DNA of 64,000 nucleotides from Acidobacteriota bacterium (GCA_965217775.1 CBDCJH010000002.1:704001-768000), one strand, 5' to 3'. Positions 1 through 9,945 are shown, counted from the first letter of the stretch. The notes: generated by a model not told the origin, from the sequence alone. Numbers and translations: made by a program.

Positions 1-845
1 TGGCCGGGCCGCCTGCCGCCGATCAGGACTGAAGTGATCTGAGGGTGGAACAGCGCCCAGGCCAGGCACAGATCCACCATGGACCGCCCCTCTTCCCGGG
101 ACACGACTCTCAGGCGCTCCACCAGCGAAAAGGCGCGCGGGTGGAAGTAGTCGTCCATCCAGTCATTGGCCAGATCGAAACGGGTTCCCGGCGGTAGCGG
201 CCCCTGAGGCGAGTATTTGCCGGTCAGAAAACCGCCGCCCAGGGGGCTGTAGGAGAGGATGCCCAGGCCCTGGTCCCGGCAGAGCGGCCCCATCTCCGCT
301 TCCATCGACCGGTCCGAAAGGTTGTACTGGGGCTGGATGGACTCGAATCGGGCCCAGCCGTTGGTGTCCTGGGTCCAGAGCGCCTTGCACAACTGCCAGG
401 CGGCCGAGTTGCTGAGTCCCAGGTACCGCACCTTGCCCTGCTCCACCGCTCGTGAAAAGGCCTCCAGGATCTCCTCCACCGGGTCCCCTTCCAGGGGCCA
501 GTGATGAAGCTGGAAGAGGTCGATGACGTCGGTCTGCAGCGTCCGGAGGCTCTGCTCGATCTTCTGCGTCACCTTCGGTCCGTCCAGCGGTCCGGTGAAG
601 CCGCACTTGGTGGCCAGGACGATCTGCTGCCGCGTGCCTCGCTCCCGGAGCCACCCGCCGATCATCCGCTCCGACTCCCGCTTGCTGTAGGACTCGGCGG
701 TGTCGATGAGGGTGATCCCCCGTTCCAGGGCCCGGTCCAGCAGTGTCCAAGCCGTGGACTGATCGATCTCGCGGCCGAAGGTGGCGCCGCCAAAGCCGAT
801 GGAGCTCACCGTCAGATCAGTCTTTCCAAGGCGTCGGTATTCCAT
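1..845 (-). CDS. Aldo/keto reductase (3' end outside window)
   Basis: Manually translated from ATG at 845: MEYRRLGKTDLTVSSIGFGG...LIDTAESY...IVLATK...DVIDLFQLH...GKVRYLGLSN...QPQYNL...SYSPLGGGFLTGKY. Absent from the ORF track because no stop falls in the window. Confidence 0.9.
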   Translation of the reverse strand, partial: MEYRRLGKTDLTVSSIGFGGATFGREIDQSTAWTLLDRALERGITLIDTAESYSKRESERMIGGWLRERGTRQQIVLATKCGFTGPLDGPKVTQKIEQSLRTLQTDVIDLFQLHHWPLEGDPVEEILEAFSRAVEQGKVRYLGLSNSAAWQLCKALWTQDTNGWARFESIQPQYNLSDRSMEAEMGPLCRDQGLGILSYSPLGGGFLTGKYSPQGPLPPGTRFDLANDWMDDYFHPRAFSLVERLRVVSREEGRSMVDLCLAWALFHPQITSVLIGGRRPG

Positions 846-879
846 CGATTTCAGCTTCCGGGAGCGGTCGGCTCCGTCC

Positions 880-2490
880 TCACGAGGTCAACCAGGTCTT
901 CTCGTGGCGGGTCTTCCAGGTCAGCCCGGCCAGACGGTCCTGGTTCCGGTTGGGGAAGATCAGGCTCAGGATCCAGGCCGTGCCGAAGCTGGCAACGAAG
1001 GAGGTGGGCATGATCCAGGTGAACCCCATCCCTTTCTCGATCAGCCGCGGGCCGAAGCTGTCTCCCAGCAGTGATACCAGCGTTTGCTGGGCCGAGGGGC
1101 CGAGAGACTGGAGCAGGGGCTGGGAATAGGCAACGGCGAGGGACGTCAGGAAGCCGATAATGGCCGCGGGCCAGACGGTTCGACGGCCGGCGCGGGGAAG
1201 AAACATTCCGGCCAGAAAGAGCCCGCCCATGGGTCCGACCAGGGCGTTGAAGGTCTTGGGCAGGATGGTGAGGATGTCGTCGGAGCCGGTGAAGTTTTCC
1301 AGGGAGAGAGCTCCCATCATCACCGCCAATCCCACCACCAGGGTGATGATGCGGGCCTGGCGGACCTCGTCCACGGGTTTTTTCTTCTTACGCAGGCGTC
1401 CGAAATCCACGGTGGCCACGGTGGCGAAGGAGTTCACCCCCGAATCGATGGTGGACATGGCGGCCGCCAGCAGGGCGGCGAAGATGGCGCCGGCGAGGCC
1501 GGCCGGGACTCGGGAGGCCACGAAGAACGGAAAGATGCTGTCCCGGTCCTTGCCGCTGGCCAGGTCGATGTGACCGGGAAGGGGCTCGGGTCCCTGGGTG
1601 AAGTAGTAGACCAGGCTGGCGCCCACGATGGTGAGGACCAGGATGATGATGATTCCGGTGACCGCTCCGGTGACCATGCTCCGTTTGCTGGCCGCGACAC
1701 TCACGGTGCTGAAGTAGCGCTGCATGGTCATCTGGTTGGCGCAGTGGGCGACGACAATCCAGAGCGCGTCGGTCAGGGTGAAGGTGACCACCGTCGCCGG
1801 CAGGGTCGGGTCGGGGGAGAAGAAGGTGAAGCTCTCGTTGTCCCGGGCGTTGACCACCTCCATCCAGTCCCAGAGGTTGGTGCCGGTGGCCCAGGCCACG
1901 TAGCCGATGGTGAAGAACCCGCCCCCCAGGAGCAGCGCCACCTGGATCACGTCGGTCCAGACCACGGCCCGGATTCCGCCCATCATGGTGTAGACCGTGG
2001 CCACGACGCCCACGGTGAGGATGATGATGATCAGGGGAATTCCGGTGGCCACGGCCAGGGCCCGGGAAGAGACCAGGACGATCACCATCATCAGCACCGA
2101 CACGAACACCAGGAACATGGAGGCGCCCAGGAGCCTCGCCGAGAGGCCGTAGCGGTGTTCCAGGTACTCGTAAGCGGTGGTGAAGCGGAAGCGGACGAAG
2201 AAGGGAATGGTCAGCAGCAGGATGAAGGCCACGTGGATGGGAAAACCGAGGAACGTGCTCAGCAGGTTTCCGAAGCCGAATCGCCAGACCACGCCCGGAT
2301 AGGCCAGGAAGCTGATGCTGGAGAGCAGGGAGGCGATGATGCTTATGCCCACGGCGAACCAGGGAAGCTGCCGCCCGCCCAGGAAGTATTCCTCACCGGT
2401 CTTTTGGCCCCGGGAGAGGCGCCAACCCAGAAACATCATGGCTCCCAGGTAGCCCACCAGGACCACGTGGTCGGCGAAGTGCAGTTGCAT
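880..2490 (-). CDS. Sodium:solute symporter (SSS family)
   Basis: 536 aa with many TM helices; EEYFLGGR, YEYLEHRY, GGIRAVVWTDVIQ and AAAMSTIDS motifs. Confidence 0.92.
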   Translation of the reverse strand: MQLHFADHVVLVGYLGAMMFLGWRLSRGQKTGEEYFLGGRQLPWFAVGISIIASLLSSISFLAYPGVVWRFGFGNLLSTFLGFPIHVAFILLLTIPFFVRFRFTTAYEYLEHRYGLSARLLGASMFLVFVSVLMMVIVLVSSRALAVATGIPLIIIILTVGVVATVYTMMGGIRAVVWTDVIQVALLLGGGFFTIGYVAWATGTNLWDWMEVVNARDNESFTFFSPDPTLPATVVTFTLTDALWIVVAHCANQMTMQRYFSTVSVAASKRSMVTGAVTGIIIILVLTIVGASLVYYFTQGPEPLPGHIDLASGKDRDSIFPFFVASRVPAGLAGAIFAALLAAAMSTIDSGVNSFATVATVDFGRLRKKKKPVDEVRQARIITLVVGLAVMMGALSLENFTGSDDILTILPKTFNALVGPMGGLFLAGMFLPRAGRRTVWPAAIIGFLTSLAVAYSQPLLQSLGPSAQQTLVSLLGDSFGPRLIEKGMGFTWIMPTSFVASFGTAWILSLIFPNRNQDRLAGLTWKTRHEKTWLTS

Positions 2491-2570
2491 GTCGATCGTC
2501 TCCGTATCCGTCCGGAAGAAAAGCAGTGGAGATCGTATTCGTTCGGGATTGGAGGCGCAAGAGCGTTAGG

Positions 2571-2763
2571 AGGGGGAACTGCCAGTCCCCCATTGGAGGG
2601 GCGACTTTCTTGTCGCCCACTGGGAGCCGGCGGCTTTCTTGCCGCCTGCTCTTCTTGCCGGAAAGCGTAGAGTGGGGACTCCGTCCCCCCTACCCCCCTG
2701 TTCGGCGACAAGAAAGTCGCCGCTCCACCCCCCTTGTTCGGCGACAAGAAAGTCGCCGCTCCA
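2571..2763. repeat. Cluster of REP-like palindromes (GGCGAC-AAGAAA-GTCGCC family) including a ~36-bp tandem duplication
   Basis: Hairpins at 2599-2618, 2629-2646, 2703-2722 and 2739-2758; intergenic. Confidence 0.85.
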
Positions 2764-2772
2764 TGTCGCCGC

Positions 2773-3045
2773 CTACAGGAGCACGACCGACTGCTGGCTG
2801 GGGATTTCGAAGCGCCGGCGGCACCTGGGGTTGGTGCAGAACAGGTATTCGTCTTCCCGGACCATGTAGGACCGGAGGTTGGCGAATCGGCGCCGGTCCG
2901 CCGGGTTGGCTCGATAGGGCAACCGGCCCTTCTTTTCCCGCACCAGCCACCGGACCTGGAAGTCACCCAGTTCCCGGCAGTAGGGACAGGTAACTCGAGC
3001 CCTCTTGGTCTCACGCCGTTCCCGGTAGAAGTCTCTCTCGCGCAT
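2773..3045 (-). CDS. Small putative zinc-ribbon protein
   Basis: 90 aa with CPYC and CTNPRC; starts 3 nt after the aminotransferase stop; GAGG RBS. Confidence 0.75.
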   Translation of the reverse strand: MRERDFYRERRETKRARVTCPYCRELGDFQVRWLVREKKGRLPYRANPADRRRFANLRSYMVREDEYLFCTNPRCRRRFEIPSQQSVVLL

Positions 3046-3048
3046 GCC

Positions 3049-4392
3049 TCATTCCCTCTCGATCTGGTGCCGCACTGCCGTGAGCGACTCGTCCAACATC
3101 TCCACCATCTCGTCGATCTCCGCCCGCGTGATGACCAGGGGAGGAAAGATGCGGACGCTGTCCCCCGGGCTCCCGTCGCCGGGACCTCCCGTCGCTGAGA
3201 TCGATAGTCCCCGGCGAATCAGGTGCCGGTGCACACGCTCATTGACCTTCAGAGTGGGGGGGAAGTAGGTGTAAGGCTTGCGGGAGCTCACCAGTTCGAA
3301 CCCCACCAGCATTCCCAGGCCCCGGACGTCGCCCACCATGGGATGGCTGCGCAGGGTCCGGATCCGCTCCAGCAGGTATTCCCCCATGGCGGCCGATCTC
3401 TTCACGACGTTCTCCTCTTCCATCAGGTCCAGGACGGTGAGCCCGACCCGGGCGGCGAGAGGATTGTTCACATAGGTGAAGACATGGGGGAGGGGATCCT
3501 TCTTGTCTTCCAGTACCTGCCGGATCTCGTCGGTGAACAGGGCTCCTCCCATGGGGAGATAGCCGCTGCTGACGCCTTTGCCGAAGGCCACGATGTCGGG
3601 AACCGCGTCCCAGTGCCGGACGGCGAAGAATCGTCCGGTGCGGCCAAACCCGGTCACCACCTCGTCGGCGATCCAGAGCACGCCGTGGCGGTCGCAGATC
3701 TCGCGAATCCGGGGGAAGTAGTCGGCCGGTGGGATGCCCGGGGCGCCGCCGGCCATGGAGACCGGTTCGGCCACGAAGGCGGCCACGTTCTCCGGTCCGG
3801 CCCGGACGATGGCCCGTTCCAGCTCGTTCGCACAGGCCAGGGTGCAGTTTTCGCCGCAGCCGTCGAAGAGGCACGCCCGCGGCAGGCAGGGGTCGATGTG
3901 CTCGAACCCGGCAAGCCAGGGACTGAAGGCATGCCGGGTTCCGGATCCGGTGGTCGAGAGCGCGCCCAGCGTGGCTCCGTGATAGCTGCTCCAGCGGGCG
4001 ATGACCTGATGCTTCTGGCCCTGGCCCCGCCGCAGGTGGTAGAGCCGGGCCAGTTTCAGCGCGGTCTCGACTCCTTCCGAGCCGCCGGAGACGAAGTAGA
4101 CGTGGTTCAATCGGCCCGGAGCCTTTTCTGCCAGCCGGCCGGCCAGCTCGCCGGCCACCGGATTGGTGAAATGGGAGGTGAATACGAAAGCCAGAGTCTC
4201 GGCCTGACGCGCCATGATCCGGGCGATCCGGCCGCGCCCGTGGCCCAGAATGACGTTTCCGGCTCCGGCGGTCCCGTCGATGTAACGCTTGCCGGTGCCG
4301 TCATAGACGTAGATTCCCTTGCCTCTCTCCGCCACCGGATAGTCGTAGGCAGGGTCCTGAAGCAACAGGGAACCTGAAACCGGCTGGCTCAT
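3049..4392 (-). CDS. Class III PLP-dependent aminotransferase
   Basis: SGGSEGVE, SYHGAT, DEVVTGFGRTG and the PLP lysine in GKGVSSGY; start placed at ATG 4392 after a GAGGAGG RBS. Confidence 0.92.
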   Translation of the reverse strand: MSQPVSGSLLLQDPAYDYPVAERGKGIYVYDGTGKRYIDGTAGAGNVILGHGRGRIARIMARQAETLAFVFTSHFTNPVAGELAGRLAEKAPGRLNHVYFVSGGSEGVETALKLARLYHLRRGQGQKHQVIARWSSYHGATLGALSTTGSGTRHAFSPWLAGFEHIDPCLPRACLFDGCGENCTLACANELERAIVRAGPENVAAFVAEPVSMAGGAPGIPPADYFPRIREICDRHGVLWIADEVVTGFGRTGRFFAVRHWDAVPDIVAFGKGVSSGYLPMGGALFTDEIRQVLEDKKDPLPHVFTYVNNPLAARVGLTVLDLMEEENVVKRSAAMGEYLLERIRTLRSHPMVGDVRGLGMLVGFELVSSRKPYTYFPPTLKVNERVHRHLIRRGLSISATGGPGDGSPGDSVRIFPPLVITRAEIDEMVEMLDESLTAVRHQIERE

Positions 4393-4497
4393 GGTCGTCC
4401 TCCTCGACCGCCATCCTACCAGTTGGATCACCCGTCTACGAATCTGAAGTCGTCCCCGGCTTGGCGACTTCTCGCTGGGATTGATAGAGTCTCAATC

Positions 4498-6045
4498 ATG
4501 TTCAAGAAGGTCTGTTTGCTGGTCTGGCTGGGTCTGTGGTCGGGAAATGCCGTCGGGGGCGGAGCGGAGCAATCCAAGCCCGTCGACATCGGGTCACGGC
4601 TTGAACTTTTCGTGGACGACTTCCTCATCGAGCGGATGTCGGGCGTGGAATTGAAGCTCCAGCGGCCCCGCTCAGCGGGAAAAGTCCTCATCTTCGACCG
4701 GCCCTGGGAAGGGAATACCAGCTTCTACGTCAGCGTCGTCAAGGATGACGACCGGCTGCGCATGTACTTCCGGGGGAGCAACAACTCCGGATACATGGAC
4801 CCGGGATTGCTGAAGCCCGGAGAAAAACAGGTCGAGGACCATCCCAATACCATTGGCTACGCCGAGAGCCGCGACGGCATCGTCTGGGAGCGTCCCTCGC
4901 TGGGGCTCTACGAGTTTCAGGGATCGCGTGAAAATTCCATCGTCTGGCTGGACAAGCCGGGAGACCAGACGGTCACCGACTGCATGAGTGTCTTCAAGGA
5001 CGGCAATCCGGCGGCTCCCGACTCCCAGCGCTACAAGGCGTTGGGGGGAAGCAGTTATCCGTTGATCGCGCTGGTCTCTCCCGACGGGCTTCACTGGACC
5101 GAGTTGCAGGGCCAGAAGTCGCTGATCCGGAAGGGGCTCCACCGGAACGCCTTCGACGCCCTCAACGTGGCCTTCTGGGACACGTACCGGAAACGTTACA
5201 GCATCTTCTTCCGCGATTCGGACCGCGGGATCAGCCCTCACTCGCTCCCGTTCGACGCCACGGCCGGGCCTCCGTACAACTACGGCAACCGCAGCTTCAA
5301 GTTCGCCACGTCGAAGGACTTCGTCAACTGGGACATGCCCCAGTGGGTCGATTTCGGAGGAGCCGCCACCGAGCACCTCTACACCAACGGAACGACGCCC
5401 TATTACCGGGCGCCCCACATCTACATGGCGTTTCCCAAGCGCTTCCAGCCCTGGCGGAAGCGGTTCGCCTCGACCCCCTATCCCGGCGCCTCCGAGGCCG
5501 TCTTCCTGACCAGCCGCGACGGTCTGCACTGGGACCGGCGCTTCATGGAGGCCTTCGTCCGTCCCGGCCGGGACCAGCGCAACTGGACGCACCGGAACAA
5601 TCTGGTCGGGGTCGGAGTGCACCCCACGGCTCCCGATGAGATCTCCCTCTACGTGGTTCGCAACTACAATCTGCCGAGCTGCCATGTGGAACGGATGGTC
5701 CTGAGGACCGACGGATTCGTGTCCGTCCACGCCGGGTATCCCGGAGGCGAGCTGGTGACCAAGCCCATCGTGTTCCAAGGGGAGAACCTGTTCCTCAACT
5801 ACGCCACCTCGGCGGCGGGAAGCATCCGCCTGGAAATTCAGGACCTGGCGGGGAATCCGCTGGCCGGTTTCGCCCTGGAGGAGTCTCCCCTGATCTGGGG
5901 CGACGAGATCGAGGAGAAGGTGAGGTGGGTGCGGACCCACGCCAAGGGCACGTCGGACCGCCCCCTGCGCCGGATCGCCGGAAGCCCGGTGCGGCTCCGT
6001 TTCGTGATGAAGGACGCGGACCTCTACTCCATACGCTTCAAGTGA
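4498..6045 (+). CDS. Secreted Asp-box beta-propeller protein, putative glycoside hydrolase
   Basis: Signal peptide MFKKVCLLVWLGL; four Asp-box motifs (SRDGIVW, SPDGLHW, SKDFVNW, SRDGLHW). Confidence 0.7.
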   Translation: MFKKVCLLVWLGLWSGNAVGGGAEQSKPVDIGSRLELFVDDFLIERMSGVELKLQRPRSAGKVLIFDRPWEGNTSFYVSVVKDDDRLRMYFRGSNNSGYMDPGLLKPGEKQVEDHPNTIGYAESRDGIVWERPSLGLYEFQGSRENSIVWLDKPGDQTVTDCMSVFKDGNPAAPDSQRYKALGGSSYPLIALVSPDGLHWTELQGQKSLIRKGLHRNAFDALNVAFWDTYRKRYSIFFRDSDRGISPHSLPFDATAGPPYNYGNRSFKFATSKDFVNWDMPQWVDFGGAATEHLYTNGTTPYYRAPHIYMAFPKRFQPWRKRFASTPYPGASEAVFLTSRDGLHWDRRFMEAFVRPGRDQRNWTHRNNLVGVGVHPTAPDEISLYVVRNYNLPSCHVERMVLRTDGFVSVHAGYPGGELVTKPIVFQGENLFLNYATSAAGSIRLEIQDLAGNPLAGFALEESPLIWGDEIEEKVRWVRTHAKGTSDRPLRRIAGSPVRLRFVMKDADLYSIRFK

Positions 6046-6106
6046 TCCGGCTTCAGTTCCAACCGCATTGACCGCCGGCAGTGCCGGAAGACTTCGGGGC
6101 TCAGGC

Positions 6107-7279
6107 TCAACGGACTCCCAGCAGCAGGTCCACGGTGAGTTGGTCCAGGCGTTCGTGGCGCAGTTTTCGCTGTGCCAGTTGGTGGCGGTCCAGCGGGGCG
6201 CCCAAGATGGTCCGGGCGGTCTCGGGCGTGTAGCTCTGCATGGTTGTGGCGGAGACCAGGGAATCATTCTTTCGCAGGTCCGCCAGGATTTCCTGGATCT
6301 CCTGATCCTCAGCGAACCGTCGCGCCTTCTCCTTGAGGATCAGGTAGGTGCGCATGCAGCCGGCGGCAAAGTCCCGGACCCCCTCTTCGTCCTCTGTCCG
6401 GTAGGCGTGGGCATCGAAATGCCGCGGCCCTGAATATCCCACCTCCTCCAGGAACTTGACCAGGAAGAAGGCCGCCTTCAGGCCCTCCGATCCGAACCGG
6501 AGATCCTGGTCGAAGCGATTCGGCTTCTGGTCGTTGAGGTCGATGTGGAACAACTTGCCGGCTTCCCAGGCCTGGGCCACGGCGTGGTAGAAGTTCAGTC
6601 CGGCCATGTGCTCGTGGGCCAGCTCCGGATTCACGCCCACCATGTCCGGATCGTCCAGCGTGTAGGTGAACGCCAGCATGGCGCCGGTGGTGGCAAAGTA
6701 GATGTCTCCCCTGGGCTCGTTGGGTTTGGCCTCCAGGGCGAACTTGAGGTCGTAGCCGTTGTCCTTGACGTAACCGATGAGGAAATTGAGGCACTCCCGC
6801 ATGCGCTTGATGGCTTCCGAAGCGTCCTTGGCGGCGTCCACCTCGGCCCCCTCCCGGCCTCCCCAGAAGACGTAGATCCGGGCTCCCAGTTCCACCCCCA
6901 GGTCGATGGCCCGCATCGTCTTCTGGAGCGCATAGGCACGCACGTCCGCGTCATGGGACGTGAAGGCCCCGTCCTTGAAGACCGGTTCGCTGAAGAGGTT
7001 GGTGGTGGCCATGGGGACGCAGACGTTGTAGTCGGCGAGGGCCTGCCTGAAGTCCTTCAGAATCCGGGCTCGCTCCCGGGGTGTGGCGTCGATGGGGATC
7101 AGGTCGTTGTCGTGGAAGTTGACGCCGTAGGCTCCCTCTTCCCCCAGCAGCCGAACCAGCCGGTGCGGAGGAATGGACGACCGGGTCGCGGCGCCGAAGG
7201 GATCGCGGCCCGGATTGCCCACCGTCCAGAGTCCGAAGCTGAACTTGTCCTCCGGGGTCGGTCGATAGTCGCCGTTCAT
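6107..7279 (-). CDS. xylA: Xylose isomerase (short, class I type)
   Basis: [33 protein letters not shown] and DQDLRFG motifs. Confidence 0.96.
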   Translation of the reverse strand: MNGDYRPTPEDKFSFGLWTVGNPGRDPFGAATRSSIPPHRLVRLLGEEGAYGVNFHDNDLIPIDATPRERARILKDFRQALADYNVCVPMATTNLFSEPVFKDGAFTSHDADVRAYALQKTMRAIDLGVELGARIYVFWGGREGAEVDAAKDASEAIKRMRECLNFLIGYVKDNGYDLKFALEAKPNEPRGDIYFATTGAMLAFTYTLDDPDMVGVNPELAHEHMAGLNFYHAVAQAWEAGKLFHIDLNDQKPNRFDQDLRFGSEGLKAAFFLVKFLEEVGYSGPRHFDAHAYRTEDEEGVRDFAAGCMRTYLILKEKARRFAEDQEIQEILADLRKNDSLVSATTMQSYTPETARTILGAPLDRHQLAQRKLRHERLDQLTVDLLLGVR

Positions 7280-7282
7280 GGA

Positions 7283-8806
7283 TCAGTCCTTTCTGTGGAT
7301 CAGTTGTCGATGGCCGGGAAAGACGGGGCTGTCGATCAGCGTGTCGCTCAGGCTCCGGTAGACGGAATAGACCTGCTCGTAGAGTTCCAGGCCGGATCGA
7401 GAAGGAATCCGCCGCGTGTTTTCATCCAGCCGGACGTATCGGTCCACCCAGGTCTCGAGACTCTCCTCTTCGCGGCACCATGCCGCCTGAAGCGCGGCTC
7501 CGAAGGCTGGGCCTTCCTCCTGGGTCAGGGTGACCACGGGACATCCGAAGACGTCGGCTGCGATCTGCCGCCAGACCCGGCTCCTGGAACCTCCTCCGAT
7601 GAGCCGGATCTCGTCCGGCCGGGCGCCCAGCTCCCGGAGGCGGTCCAGCCCGTAGCGGAGCCCCAGCGTGACGCCCTCCATGCTGGCCCGGGCCAAGTGG
7701 CCGGGCCGGGCGGTCCGGGGACGCAGACCCAGGAGCACGCCCGTCCCCTCGGGGACGTTGGGCATCCGCTCACCCTCCAGGTAGGGAAGCAGGATCAGCC
7801 CTTCGGCGCCGGGAGGAACCCCCTCGATCCGGCGGTTGAACTCTTCCAGCGTGTCGGATGAGAACCCGGACCGAACCATCTCGGTGGCCACTGTCACGTT
7901 CATGGTGCAGGCCAACGGCAGCCAGCCTCCGGTGCTGTCGCAGAAGGCCGCGATCTCGCCCTGAGGATCCAGCACCGGAGTGGAACTGTAGCAGTAAAGG
8001 GTTCCGGAGGTTCCCAGGCTGACGGTGACCTTGCCGCCGGAGACGTTGCCGGAGCCGATGGCGCCCATCATGTTGTCGCCACCGCCTGAACTGACCCGGA
8101 CGTCGCCGGGAAGGCCCCACTTGCGAGCCAGGCTCGGCCGCAACTGTCCCGCCGGATCGCGGGCGCCGATGAGACGGGGCAGGCAGGCGCGGAGGTCGCG
8201 TTGGGGATCGAGCCATCCCAGGGCGCGGTCCGACCAGGACCTCCGGGCCACATGGAAGTATCCTGTCCCGGAAGCGTCGCCTGCTTCGGCCGTCTTCTCT
8301 CCGGTCAGGTACAGGTTCAGGTAGTCGTGGGGCAAAAGAATGGAGCTGATCCGGCGGTAGGTGTCGGGCTCGTTCTCCTTGACCCACAGGACTTTGGAGG
8401 CGGTGAAACCGGGGGGCAGACTGTTTCCGATCTCCTCCCTGTAGGTGTCGAGTCCGCCGGCCGCTTCCAGAATCCGCCGGCACTGGTCACCGGTGCTGGT
8501 GTCGTTCCAGAGCTTGGCCGGCCTCAGGATCCGGTCCGAGCCGTCCAGAAGCACCAGACCGTGCTGCTGGCCGGAGACACCGATGGCTCGTACCCGGGAC
8601 AGGTCCGCACCCAGGCCGGCGAACCGGTCCATGCAGGCGTCCAGGGCGTCGATCCAGTCTTGGGGATGCTGCTCCTTGTGTCCGGGAGGAAGTCCCGAAA
8701 TCAAGTCGCAACTCTCGGAACTGGAGACCAGCGATTCGGAATCCGGGTCCCAGCCGACGACCTTGAGGCTCTGGGTACCGCAATCCACACCGAGATACAT
8801 CGCCAC
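7283..8806 (-). CDS. xylB: Xylulokinase
   Basis: FGGY kinase: GVDCGTQS, SGQQHG, WNDT, GGGDN, SLGTSG; adjacent to xylA. Confidence 0.95.
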   Translation of the reverse strand: MAMYLGVDCGTQSLKVVGWDPDSESLVSSSESCDLISGLPPGHKEQHPQDWIDALDACMDRFAGLGADLSRVRAIGVSGQQHGLVLLDGSDRILRPAKLWNDTSTGDQCRRILEAAGGLDTYREEIGNSLPPGFTASKVLWVKENEPDTYRRISSILLPHDYLNLYLTGEKTAEAGDASGTGYFHVARRSWSDRALGWLDPQRDLRACLPRLIGARDPAGQLRPSLARKWGLPGDVRVSSGGGDNMMGAIGSGNVSGGKVTVSLGTSGTLYCYSSTPVLDPQGEIAAFCDSTGGWLPLACTMNVTVATEMVRSGFSSDTLEEFNRRIEGVPPGAEGLILLPYLEGERMPNVPEGTGVLLGLRPRTARPGHLARASMEGVTLGLRYGLDRLRELGARPDEIRLIGGGSRSRVWRQIAADVFGCPVVTLTQEEGPAFGAALQAAWCREEESLETWVDRYVRLDENTRRIPSRSGLELYEQVYSVYRSLSDTLIDSPVFPGHRQLIHRKD

Positions 8807-9081
8807 TTCCTACCGGATCTCATCCTACACTCTACGGGAGTCGTGCGCCCATACATCCGGCGACACGGCGTGCTCTCGCGGAGATTCAGATTTTTGTATG
8901 GTCTAAGTTCTTGTTTTCTATTGGTTTAGGAGAAACGTGGCGGATCTCTGAACCAGATAATTGGATTTTCGCCCGGCGGCTGGATCCGGAGGCGCTGTTC
9001 CCGATACGTGTTTCTGTTTGATATCAAATGGTTTACGGGGTTCCATAGGGTTTTCGGCACGGGACTTGCTAGACAATACGC

Positions 9082-9179
9082 CGAAAGCAGCACTGGGAAG
9101 TGGCCGGGGTTCCATTACGAATTGAGCCTGGGATGCAACTAGTAACTTGGATATTCCCCGGCACCTTCCCGCTGCTTCG
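9082..9179. ncRNA. Candidate structured ncRNA (long interrupted hairpin); strand uncertain
   Basis: Six nested complementary segments in the xylB-pdxH intergenic region; family not recognised. Confidence 0.45.
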
Positions 9180-9259
9180 TTCCTGACCGCCCCGCGCCGG
9201 CAAAGTCCCTTGAATCCTCCGAGTCCGGGAATTATCGTGCAGACCGCCGGGAGCGGAAG

Positions 9260-9853
9260 GTGAGCGAGGATCTGTACCAGGAAGCTTTGGAGGAATTCGG
9301 CCGCCGGCTCCGCCGGGGGCGGGAAGAGGGGCTGATTCTCCAACCCACGGCCATGACGCTGGCCACGGCGGATGCTCGGGGACGACCCTCGGCCCGAACC
9401 GTCCTGCTCAAGGACTTCGGCCGGGACGGCTTCGTCTTCTACACCAACCGGGAGAGCCGCAAGGGCGAGCAACTACTGTCCAATTCCTGGGCCGCCCTCT
9501 GTTTCTATTGGGACCCCTACTGGGAACAGGCCGTGGTGGAAGGTCCGGTGCAGGAAGTGAGCCCGGTGGAGGCCGATCTCTATTGGGTCACGCGTTCCCG
9601 CCTCAGCCAGTTGGGAGCCTGGGCCTCGCGGCAGTCCCGGCCCCTCGCCAACCGTGACCAACTGATCTCCGACGTCACCGCATACGAAACGAAATATCGG
9701 GGTTCGACCGTCCCGCGTCCGGAGTACTGGTCCGGATTCCGGGTGATCCCGCATCGCATCGAGTTCTGGACCGGACGCTCCTTCCGCCTCAACGACCGGC
9801 TGGTCTACGAAAAGACGGGCCGGGGCTGGACGGTGCAACGACTCTACCCCTGA
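9260..9853 (+). CDS. pdxH: Pyridoxine/pyridoxamine 5'-phosphate oxidase
   Basis: AMTLATA, RTVLLK, FVFYTNRESRKG, EFW...RLNDR and RLYP motifs. Confidence 0.95.
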   Translation: MSEDLYQEALEEFGRRLRRGREEGLILQPTAMTLATADARGRPSARTVLLKDFGRDGFVFYTNRESRKGEQLLSNSWAALCFYWDPYWEQAVVEGPVQEVSPVEADLYWVTRSRLSQLGAWASRQSRPLANRDQLISDVTAYETKYRGSTVPRPEYWSGFRVIPHRIEFWTGRSFRLNDRLVYEKTGRGWTVQRLYP

Positions 9854-9920
9854 TTGCAAGGGTGTGTGCGGGCGGCTTTGGGTCGCCCTCTCCCTGCTCG
9901 GCGGATTGTTTCTCCGGAGT

Positions 9921-9945
9921 TCGGCGGCTGGAAGCCGCCGCTCCT
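9921..9945. repeat. REP-like palindrome CGGCGGCTGGAAGCCGCCGCTCC
   Basis: Same stem and GCTCC tail as the 2571-2763 family. Confidence 0.7.

Noticed and set aside
2692-2763. 36-bp direct repeat resembling a CRISPR repeat
   Set aside because: Two abutting copies with no spacer, no cas genes, and the same palindrome is dispersed elsewhere as a REP.
9082-9179. Identification of the hairpin as SRP (4.5S) or 6S RNA
   Set aside because: No GNRA-capped SRP domain IV motif on either strand; shorter than typical 6S and no confident 6S motifs. Kept as an unassigned candidate.
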